The translations under genes and the position numbers were made by a program. The notes beneath the pieces are model-generated. The model was not told the origin of the DNA. It ran no database searches and saw nothing but the letters and a program-made list of their open reading frames with translations. 64,000 bases of DNA, taken from the IMG/VR virus record IMGVR_UViG_3300048597_000118, positions 1 to 64,000 of that record. One strand, given 5' to 3'. Shown here in pieces: positions 49,865 through 58,300 of the stretch (the first letter of the stretch is position 1; the number at the start of each line of letters is the position of its first letter). This DNA comes from a virus.

Positions 49865-50542
49865 CTATTCCAAAAAGGCGTTGTCTAAATTACCGTGTTT
49901 GGACTCATACGCCCGACGGTAACGCAGCTTTAGAAACTCATCGGCATACGCACTCCGAGTACTAAACCTTTGGACTACTACATCCAAAGCCTCAGAAGCC
50001 AAGTCCCCATCACTAAACTTTTCTAAAATAGGCTCGTAAGCCTCCGCTGCCTTAGAAATACTACTGTCTTTACTGCCGGTTTCTAACGGTTCTAAACTCT
50101 GAGCTTCCTTAGGTTTCTCAAAATACTCAGTAGTCTTTACAGGCTTAAGCTCAAAGTCCCCGCAAGAATAAAGATGGTGATTGGGAAAAGAATGTAACTT
50201 ACATCCGCCATAGTCGTCGTAAGCACAATTTCCACAAGCCTGTGCTGGACCGTAACCATTAGGAATAGCTCCGACCAGGTTATAGCCAAATTTCTCTACC
50301 TCTTTAGCAGGTGTAGTGACTGTTACCTTTGGTTGAGATTTTACTTCAGTCGTTGGAGCGGGAGGTTGTGATTCTGGCTCTACATTACTAAACTTCTGAG
50401 TTTGTGCGGGTGCTAGAGTAGTAGCCCTACGAGTATCGTAATTAGTAGAGTTAGCTACTCCTAAGTTACTAATCACATCCTTCGGAGGCTTAACGTTTGT
50501 CGTAGACAACTCTCGGAGCACATTAAGTTCATTACTGCTCAT
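49865..50542 (-). CDS. Head-associated protein with four-Cys motif
   Basis: CGNC-x7-C-x12-C motif and C-terminal SAYADEFLKLRY. Confidence 0.65.
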   Translation of the reverse strand: MSSNELNVLRELSTTNVKPPKDVISNLGVANSTNYDTRRATTLAPAQTQKFSNVEPESQPPAPTTEVKSQPKVTVTTPAKEVEKFGYNLVGAIPNGYGPAQACGNCAYDDYGGCKLHSFPNHHLYSCGDFELKPVKTTEYFEKPKEAQSLEPLETGSKDSSISKAAEAYEPILEKFSDGDLASEALDVVVQRFSTRSAYADEFLKLRYRRAYESKHGNLDNAFLE

Positions 50543-50608
50543 TTGTTCCTAGCTTGGGGGAGTGGTACAAAAAGAAATTAGACAAGGCAACCAAAACGAT
50601 TATCAACC

Positions 50609-51238
50609 ATGGAAAGTAACAATCCTACGTACCTATTAGCCACTTTAGACCAACTACGCTCATATCTAACAATTACAGAGTCCTCTTTCAGTGAAGGAGC
50701 TTTCAACTGCTCTCTAATAACCCGCAACACTAAAGTAGCACCTCTTAAATTTCAAGCCCTTGAATTAGCGAAGAAATTAACCTATGAGTGGGACCAACTA
50801 AAGACTAGAGTCAACGTATATCAAACATTAACCGACTTACCGGAGTCAAAAGACTTGGCTAGTGCCGCCTGCTTTTATTACTGCCACAGTCTTATCCTTG
50901 ACTCTGTGGGTTGGGCTAATTTTGTCTCAGGAAAGCTACGGTACCGCATATATGGTACCCCTTATATGCGAGAAGAATCAGAATTGTTAGACCGTAAAAC
51001 CGTAGTAGGTGCAGCAGCAATATTATACGGGCTGTCCATAAATGAATATATAGGCTCCCACTACACAGTCAAAACACCAGAGGGGAAAGAACACTTCCTT
51101 CGTGGGGCAGAAAATCATTGCTCTTGTAGTAGATACTCAATAGGACCCAATGGATTCTGCGAGCATTCTGCTTTAGGTAAAGTCTATTGTGATAATAGAG
51201 CTTTGCTGGTTAATACTGGTTTAGCCTCCTTCTTTTAG
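50609..51238 (+). CDS. SWIM zinc-finger protein
   Basis: YTVK...HCSC-x10-CEH; a 209-aa ORF that fills the gap between minus-strand genes. Confidence 0.8.
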   Translation: MESNNPTYLLATLDQLRSYLTITESSFSEGAFNCSLITRNTKVAPLKFQALELAKKLTYEWDQLKTRVNVYQTLTDLPESKDLASAACFYYCHSLILDSVGWANFVSGKLRYRIYGTPYMREESELLDRKTVVGAAAILYGLSINEYIGSHYTVKTPEGKEHFLRGAENHCSCSRYSIGPNGFCEHSALGKVYCDNRALLVNTGLASFF

Positions 51239-52708
51239 GTTCTTTTTGGGGTTGCCGGCGGCCGGCTTAGCTGGCTGTCGGTCTTGTTGTTGAGGCTTGA
51301 CATTACCAGTAGGTCTACCAGGCTCTGCTTTCTTAACCGCTTCACCTGTGGGCTTTTGTAGTGGCTCAATTAATATCTGTTTAATGAACTTAACGTCAGC
51401 AGAAGTTTGTTCACGCTCGCTAAGACCAGCCATTTGACGCACCATGGCCCAGTCCATACTATCCAATGGGTTAAGATAAGCCTTCTCAGTTAGACCAGTT
51501 ACTACTTGCATAGTAGCTACCCGGTCTTCAGGTCGGTCACTATATTGATTAGCAAAAGTAGGCGGTATCTTAGCCGAAGCCCTATTAAAATTCCATTGCT
51601 GTACAGTCATTAGACACTTCTGTACAACATGGTTGATTAAAGCCCGCCGCTCATTATAAATGGTCTTAAAGTAAACCTCCATACGACGCTCACGAGCAGC
51701 CTCTAAGGAGTTAGTGTCCATAATCAGAAAGTATGGCACTATATGCCGGATAGACTCAGCATCTACAAACCGGAGGGTGTTTAGAAACACATCACCAAAG
51801 TTGTCACTAGAAGGAATAGAACCAATTTCCGGCTTAAAGTCGTTACCAGCCTGAAGTTGCGGCAGTAGTATATGCCGTAAGTCTTCTTGGTTAATTTCTA
51901 GCTGCTCTTGGATATACTCCAGAGTAGTCTTTGGTCTTTCATTACCAGTGGCTGGGTCTAATATCATCTCATCTCCTAAAGAAGTAGAGGGAGACCTAAT
52001 CCAGGTAACACGTTTCCCTACGTCATTCATAGCGCTGACCATCATTTCGACCAGCACCTCTTTTAACCGGAACCACTTATACGAGGGCGCCACTAAAGAA
52101 TGACCATAGTAATTCCCATACTCAGAGTTAGACGCCAGATAGATATGCTTCCACATCTGTAATTGACGTTCACCCCTAGGGTCTAAAGTATGATGTTGGA
52201 AGATGCCAGACTTATGACCGCTTAACGTCTTAGAGCCTTCAGTTAAGAGCCCATCTTTATCCGGGTAAATAGTAATAGTGGTTGGATGATAAGTTAAAAC
52301 ATCTTTTAAGGTGAGCGCCCCAAAGGTTAAGTTATAGCAAACCTCAGATACAGAGAAGCCCGCCCAGTCCTTAGTAAACTGTATTTCCCGTAAAACTTGT
52401 TCCCATGCTTTTCCAGAGTGGTCTTCTAAGGCTAATAGACTATTACGGTGGAACTCTTGAATTTCTTCATCTGGATGAACTGGAAGCCCAATAGACCCAA
52501 CAATAGAGTTAACTCTTGTCTGTTCTGCTGAGTGAATGGTTAAGTCTTGTCGCACCATCTTTTCATAGGTACGGAGCTTAGCTTGTAGCGGTCGGTTTAA
52601 TAATAGTTGGTTAAACTGGCCTTGTTGTTGTAGTTTGTACCGTGCGCTGCGTCTATCTGCGTAGCGTATATCACCGGCCGGGAACGGATTAGTAGGTTGA
52701 GTAGGCAC
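51221..52708 (-). CDS. Portal protein (Mu gp29/DUF935-like)
   Basis: YEKMVRQDLTI..AGFSVSEV.Y..NYYGHSLVAPSYKWF; first gene of the head module. Confidence 0.88.
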   Translation of the reverse strand: MPTQPTNPFPAGDIRYADRRSARYKLQQQGQFNQLLLNRPLQAKLRTYEKMVRQDLTIHSAEQTRVNSIVGSIGLPVHPDEEIQEFHRNSLLALEDHSGKAWEQVLREIQFTKDWAGFSVSEVCYNLTFGALTLKDVLTYHPTTITIYPDKDGLLTEGSKTLSGHKSGIFQHHTLDPRGERQLQMWKHIYLASNSEYGNYYGHSLVAPSYKWFRLKEVLVEMMVSAMNDVGKRVTWIRSPSTSLGDEMILDPATGNERPKTTLEYIQEQLEINQEDLRHILLPQLQAGNDFKPEIGSIPSSDNFGDVFLNTLRFVDAESIRHIVPYFLIMDTNSLEAARERRMEVYFKTIYNERRALINHVVQKCLMTVQQWNFNRASAKIPPTFANQYSDRPEDRVATMQVVTGLTEKAYLNPLDSMDWAMVRQMAGLSEREQTSADVKFIKQILIEPLQKPTGEAVKKAEPGRPTGNVKPQQQDRQPAKPAAGNPKKNLKEGG

Positions 52709-52756
52709 AAGAATAGGAGTTTGTTTACTAAGCTCTACTGTTAATATTAGTTTATT

Positions 52757-52790
52757 GGCTAGCCCAGACTAACGATAAGCTGGGCTAACC
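52757..52790. terminator. Stem-loop between the portal start and the IS right end
   Basis: TAGCCCAG-N12-CTGGGCTA. Confidence 0.4.
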
Positions 52791-52821
52791 TATAAATAGT
52801 AGTACCGAGTCTGTTAAGCTC

Positions 52822-52995
52822 CTTGCTAAGGACCACTTAACTTGACATCCTCCACTTCCCTAAAGGGAAGGGATTCCTACGAAGCAAACAGATTTAACTG
52901 AATAGCTTTTCGGTGGGTTGACGCTTCACAGGATGCCGCTACCGAAGTAGTCTTACGCTTTCCTCCACGTCCGTTTTCAGTCTCCGAACGTCCTA
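52822..52995 (-). ncRNA. TnpB omegaRNA-like scaffold plus flanking guide
   Basis: Reads as a tnpB tail (GRSETENGRGGKRKTTSVAASCEASTHRKAIQLNLFAS*) running into the right-end hairpin and TCAA. Confidence 0.65.
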
Positions 52996-53553
52996 TGAAC
53001 TTACAGATACAATATTTGACCCCTGACATCGACTTTTGTGGCGGGACCAACCGTTAATTGTACTCAAAGGAATATCTAAATTTCTTGATATATCACTTTG
53101 CGTAACGCCTTCGTTTAAGAGACTTAACACAGTAGTGATGGTGGAGTCTCTATATTTACATTTACCGTGTTTTTCCCCCGTTACATATTTAGCTCGACCA
53201 TTCTTTAACTTATGGTCTGTGTTTGCTTGGGGCGTTACCCATTCCAGGTTAGAGACGCAGTTGTTTAATGGGTTTGAGTCTATATGATTCACCTGTAAAT
53301 TAGAGCTTATCGGTCTGCCGATAAACGTTGTGGCTACTAGCGTATGGACACATATATGCTTTTTGACAGCATTCTTACTTAAAGCTACGCAAGGATAACC
53401 TTTTCTAAGAGTAGGACTTAACTTTTTGCGTGGAGCATGTCTGTAAGAGCCTCCTTTAGCCTTAACCATCTTGTCCGTAGCGTAAATTGACCCATCAGAC
53501 CCGCACTCATAGAGTCCCTCATAACCTGCTATCGGTCTAAATTCTATTTCCAT
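52993..53553 (-). CDS. NUMOD4-HNH endonuclease with C-terminal HTH
   Basis: FRPIAGYEGLYE; VHTLVATTF..QVNHIDSNPLNNCVSNLEWVT..N; TQSDISRNLDIPLSTI. Confidence 0.92.
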   Translation of the reverse strand: MEIEFRPIAGYEGLYECGSDGSIYATDKMVKAKGGSYRHAPRKKLSPTLRKGYPCVALSKNAVKKHICVHTLVATTFIGRPISSNLQVNHIDSNPLNNCVSNLEWVTPQANTDHKLKNGRAKYVTGEKHGKCKYRDSTITTVLSLLNEGVTQSDISRNLDIPLSTINGWSRHKSRCQGSNIVSVSS

Positions 53554-53581
53554 AATTAATAGTTTAAGTCGTGATTATGTT

Positions 53582-53603
53582 ATTATAACAATCTGTACGT
53601 ACA
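53582..53603 (-). promoter_or_regulatory. Extended -10 promoter for HNH/omegaRNA and adjacent palindrome (putative RHH operator)
   Basis: TGTTATAAT on the minus strand at 53582-53590; perfect palindrome TGTACGTACA at 53594-53603. Confidence 0.5.
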
Positions 53604-53613
53604 TTGGCTACCC

Positions 53614-53751
53614 ATGGCAAAAGAAAGATTAAACCTGCGAATAGAAGTAGGGCGTTTAGATAAGTTAAGGAAGCTTGCGTCTAAGAAGAAAAAGACAATG
53701 ACACAGATAATAGAAGATTGGCTTGATACTCTTGATATAGATAAAGATTGA
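53614..53751 (+). CDS. Ribbon-helix-helix protein (45 aa)
   Basis: MAKERLNLRIEVGRLDKLRKLASKKKKTMTQIIEDWLDTL; below the ORF-track length cutoff. Confidence 0.8.
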   Translation: MAKERLNLRIEVGRLDKLRKLASKKKKTMTQIIEDWLDTLDIDKD

Positions 53752-53950
53752 GTTTCCGCCCAAGTTGTCTGTATCGCAAATAGTAAATGCCCTCAAGGGT
53801 GTCTCTAGTCGTCGCTATGGACAAGCTAATTTACCAAAGCCATACGGTAAGGATGCCCTCTGGAGTCCGTCTTATTTTGCTTCTAGTGTTGGCGGCGCAC
53901 CCATTAAAACCATTAGACTGTACATAGAAAACCAATTAAAGCCGTCCTAA
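53747..53950 (+). pseudogene. tnpA: 5'-truncated IS200/IS605 transposase
   Basis: EFPPKLSVSQIVNALKGVSSR..LWSPSYFASSVGGAP..YIENQ; the HUH motif and N-terminus are missing. Confidence 0.9.
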
Positions 53951-53998
53951 AGGACGGGGTTTTAAACCCATTCTTTTGATAATTAGGATTTCTCCTCA

Positions 53999-54802
53999 AT
54001 GAATCGTCTACCAGAAACTATCACTATCAGCCGTGAAGACCTTCCCTCCGGCGAGTATGATGTGATCCTTAAATGCCCGTACTTTGGAGATTGGCGTAAA
54101 GCTCGTAAACTTTACCCCAACGATATGGACTCCCAAGGTCGTCGCAAAAGCCCTGGTTATGCCGCCGAAGAACTCCTGCTCTGTCAGCAGATTGTTGATG
54201 TTGTAGACAAAGATAATCGCTCTGCTATGGGTCGCCGCCCTAAAGATGTTATTGACCGTCTTAAGTTATTCACTATCCCAGACCGTCAAGCTCTTCTAAC
54301 CATCTTTTTGGAATTGTTCTGGGTAGGTGCAGACCAGGCTAAACAAGCCCGCGATTTAGCCAATGAATTCATGGTGACTGCTGCTCTTACTTACACTATC
54401 GAAGCAGATAAAATGCCCATGGCTGGGGTCAGCGTTACCTATAATGCTGTTAACACTGGTACTCAAATGGCGGCAGACCGCCGTTATATCGGAGTGCAAG
54501 AACAAGGTTGCACCCTAGAAGAACTTCTATTTGCTACTTGTGTGGCAGCAGTAGATGGTGACCCAGTAGAGCAACCTAAAGACAGTATCAGTCTGTTAGA
54601 TGAATGGACTATCTCTGATGTTCAGTTTGCTAAGTTGGTCTTTGTTAACCAATTTACTTTAGATGAAGCCGGAGAAGACCGGGCAAAGGAAGCGGGAAAG
54701 CGCTACTTGGAAAAACTTGGTTTGAGCAAGCTCGCTTCAACGCCCGCACCCAAACCCAAGCAAACCTCCAAGCCGCCGGCCAACAATGTTCAAGAATTGT
54801 AA
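53999..54802 (+). CDS. Tail assembly chaperone (gpG-like)
   Basis: Two tandem similar halves (EELLLCQQI / EELLFATCV); slippery heptamer near the 3' end; precedes a giant ORF. Confidence 0.8.
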   Translation: MNRLPETITISREDLPSGEYDVILKCPYFGDWRKARKLYPNDMDSQGRRKSPGYAAEELLLCQQIVDVVDKDNRSAMGRRPKDVIDRLKLFTIPDRQALLTIFLELFWVGADQAKQARDLANEFMVTAALTYTIEADKMPMAGVSVTYNAVNTGTQMAADRRYIGVQEQGCTLEELLFATCVAAVDGDPVEQPKDSISLLDEWTISDVQFAKLVFVNQFTLDEAGEDRAKEAGKRYLEKLGLSKLASTPAPKPKQTSKPPANNVQEL

Positions 54803-55275
54803 ACTCCGCTCTTCTAATTAACCCCGGTTTATTCGAGTGTGGTGTAGCCTCATACGACCCAGAAATACCTACTGCAGGTAGATTCTGGATTTTACCCACA
54901 GGCTACCCACATCGACGCTGGGATATCACCGAAGACCAACTAAAGAATCTATCTATTGTTAGGTCCCGGGTAAATGAAGACGCAGCTAAAATTCTTAGCC
55001 AGAGATACCAAATAGCCAATTGGCTCTCAGTTAGTCAGTTAGCCCCAGTATCGTTAGCAGAATGGTTAGGCGTTAGTGAAGACCCTTTTATAAGACAATA
55101 TGGCTATCCCATGTTGATTATAGAAGCAGTCAAAATGGAAGTAGAGAACCTAAGCCGCAAGATTAAGCAAAAGCAAGCTGAACAAGAACAAAGACTAAAA
55201 GAAGCCGTCCATAATCCTACCTTGTCTGCCCTAGGAGGAAAACACGGTGACCCGCTATCTAAAGTCTTCCGTTAA
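54694..55275 (+). CDS. -1 frameshift extension (gpT-like); gpGT fusion about 425 aa
   Basis: G GGA AAG at 54694-54700 in the correct phase. The -1 frame is open from 54667 to 55275 and has no early ATG. Confidence 0.85.
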   Translation, partial: GKALLGKTWFEQARFNARTQTQANLQAAGQQCSRIVNSALLINPGLFECGVASYDPEIPTAGRFWILPTGYPHRRWDITEDQLKNLSIVRSRVNEDAAKILSQRYQIANWLSVSQLAPVSLAEWLGVSEDPFIRQYGYPMLIIEAVKMEVENLSRKIKQKQAEQEQRLKEAVHNPTLSALGGKHGDPLSKVFR

Positions 55276-55283
55276 GTTTGCCG

Positions 55284-55316
55284 AGCCCGACTCAACTAGA
55301 GCCGGGCTTCTTTTTT
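55284..55316 (+). terminator. Intrinsic terminator after the chaperone genes
   Basis: AGCCCGACTC-AACTA-GAGCCGGGCT followed by TCTTTTTT. Confidence 0.7.
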
Positions 55317-55363
55317 AGAAGTAGAGTAAGACTATAGCCCCCTCTATTTGAAGCGCCCTTACC

Positions 55364-58300
55364 GTGTCAGATTTTACTTACACTTCAGACCCGGCTCTAC
55401 AAAAACTTATAGAGCTTCTAAAAAACCAAGAAATAGTCCAGGCAGTTAAGGAGAAGCTTGCTGCTAGTGGACCGGCTATGACAGCCACTATCTTCTCAAG
55501 ACAGTTAGCACAAGCCTTAAATGAAGTAGTAAGTGATAAAGGACTTCAAGCTGAATATAGTATCACAGTAGAGCTGGTAGACGCCTATTTAAAATCGGAG
55601 AACAGAGAAAGAGATGTTTTTCCAGAACAACAGGCACAATGGGCGCGGCTTAGATCCAACGTAGCTGGACATTCTATAACCGCCGACTTTGTAGAAGATG
55701 TACACACTAAGCATTTAGACCCTTACAAAGCCATAAAGGACTTCTCAGATAAGTTCAAAGGCAATGTAGAGACTAAGGGGTTTGCTTCTAGCATCGGAGC
55801 CCGTGGACTAAACGTAGACCAAAGTTCTGAGCGGACGTTTACTTACTATGACGACAATGCCAGATTCCAGGGTAATAGACTAGCTGAGTCTATAGATAGT
55901 GACGGTAGGTTTAGTAGGCAACTAAAACTTACTTCTGATAGTTACGCTACCCCGCAAGGGTATATCAGTAGACCAGCTACCCAAGATTATTACAACCTAT
56001 TTGCCGATAAAGAGCGGTCTGGTATGGGCTTTAGAGGCTCTATCTTCCAAGTTCAAGAGGCGGGCTTTATGTCGGGTATAACACAGCGCACTGGCAGTAC
56101 TGAGTTAGTCACCCAAAGATTATCTTCTGTACAAGTCATATCAGCTGCATATGACAAAGAGGAAGAAGCTTCCAGCCCTATGAACTTATATGGATCTAAC
56201 GATGTCAGCATATATGCTTCTGAAGTCTTAGCCGAGCGTCACAAAAGACCATTAAAAATGATGGGCATAGAAATGCCCGGAGGGTCTGTACACGCTAAAT
56301 TGGGTTACTGGTATAAAGAAGGTACAGCCGGCGATGTAAACGATGTGCAGTCTTTCTTCATCAGCTCTCAGAACTTAACCCATACTTTATCTCGGTCTAA
56401 CACAGTAGAAGACATGCTGTTGATTAATAGACCGTCTGACGAAGCAGGGCTGTCTACTTTTAATTCTGTAGCTAAAGAATTAAAGATAGCCGCCGATGCT
56501 CTGATTAGTGTCGCCAGAGACCAAGCTCAGAATAATACTGCTATAACTAGCCTTTCTGATATATCAGCCTCTAGGAGCTTCTTCAGACGTTTTACAGACA
56601 ATATAACGGCAGCAGCGGGTACAGAGGTTAACAAAGAAAACCGGACTATCTTCGCTAACCAAGAGATTAAAGGTCAGTTTAGCCGTATGTTTAAGGAAGC
56701 TGCTGAGTCTAAGTCTAACAAGCTTATCATTACACAACAGTACTTTGAGCAGTCCTTAATAGGCAGAGAAGGAGATTTTGGCTCAACATTACTATCTGAC
56801 TCTGATGTTGGTTATTTACAAAGTTTGGCGTCTAGAGGCGGCATCAAAATTGGTGTGACCGGCTCTAGTATGGGCGGCGACTCCCAAGGTCTTTTTAGTT
56901 TGTTAGATAAGTTCGAAGCTGCAAAACCTGGAAAGCTGACTGGGTCTCAGCTAAAGCGGTATAACCTGCTTAAAACATTAATTAGTGGTCAGCCTGGTCA
57001 GGAAAGTGCCTTCACCTTAATGCCGAGCCAATATCTACATAGTAAGTCTATGGCTATGTTTAGTGGCTCTGGAAGACTATTGGAGTACGCGTTGGGCTCT
57101 GCCAACTTCAGTGAAAAAGCTCTGGTGCCAGCGTCGAGGCAAGAGCCATCAGATGAATTTGGGTTAAAGACTACAGACAACATAGAAGTAGCTGGTTTCT
57201 TTAGGACTAAAAACAATAGTCTGAGTCTGCTATCCAAAGCTGACCAACAGCGTATAAAAGACAATTACTTCTACGGCATAGGTAGATACCAAGAAGGAAA
57301 AGAGTCAGAGGAAGAGATAGACGACCCTAACGGTCGATTAATTAACAGGTATGGTCGTGATTTACGCCACCGCTATCAAGGTGCCCAAGTACAGCAAAAA
57401 GGCAGCGCTAAATTCGTTAAGTCTGCCATAGAAATGATAGAAGGTATGGGCGGCAAAGAATATTCTGCTGAAGGGTCTTCAGATGCACTGTTCAGGTATA
57501 AAAAAGAATATATCCTCGACTCCCAGTCTGACTCTGGGTACAGATTAGTAGGGCTGAAATTAAACATAGCCCAGCCAATTTCAAGTGGCAAAGACTACTC
57601 TATTAGTCTAACCATAGGTTCAGAGTTCAAATCTATACAAACTGGTCGTGGTGGAGGGTATAAGACTGTAGAGTCGCCTATGGTCTACATCAATAAGACC
57701 CAGCGCTTTATGACTGGTGCAGTCTTTAAAAACGCCACGGATACTACCTTCCATTTCATGCGCTACAACGAACTGGATGGAAAAATAGGTTTGGCGGCGC
57801 TCAAACCACAAGAAAGTTATGAAGCTAACTCTTTAGATGTGTTGGGTGGCTTCCTAACTACCATGCAAACCAGCATGAATTACGAAGCTAAAGTCCGTGG
57901 TATTGCTTATACCTATGAAGCATTAGGCGCAGACATAATGAAAAAGTCCGCCGAGAGGGTAATTGCAGAAAAAGTAACTGCTTTATACCTATACTCTTCT
58001 GCTGGTGAAACACCTACAGAAACCCAAATAAGGACTGTACTCGACGCCAGACGACAAGGGCTAGGTGCTTTGTTGTCGTTGGTCCAAAAGAGTGGACGAT
58101 TAGGCGACGTACTTCAAAATACACAATACGACTTCTCTGGCAATATCACTAAATCGGACATCATACCTAATAACTGGGGTGACTCTTCCGCAGTCAGACG
58201 TGAAAGGAGAGTAGGTTTACAAAACATATTTAAAGATGTTATTCGCGACGCCAACTCTGCTAACACTCAAGACTTAGCAAAAAAACTAGTCAACAACTTT

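Larger units (their letters stand above)
52842..53978 (-). mobile_element. IS605-architecture element: truncated tnpA and RHH, with an HNH endonuclease in place of tnpB
   Basis: Left end TTAT|CAAAAGAATGGGTTT-AAAA-CCCCGTCCTTTAGGACGG; right end GAAT-CCCTTCCCTTTAGGGAAGTGG..TCAA|; divergent gene layout. Confidence 0.88.

Noticed and set aside
14666-52708. Interpretation as an eCIS/tailocin locus, or a recoded genome
   Set aside because: Portal, protease, capsid and terminase are present, so this is a phage. The ORFs are long and tightly packed under the standard code.
52791-52798. TATAAATA, identical to the T4 late promoter
   Set aside because: Single occurrence, not seen upstream of other late genes; plausible by chance in AT-rich DNA.
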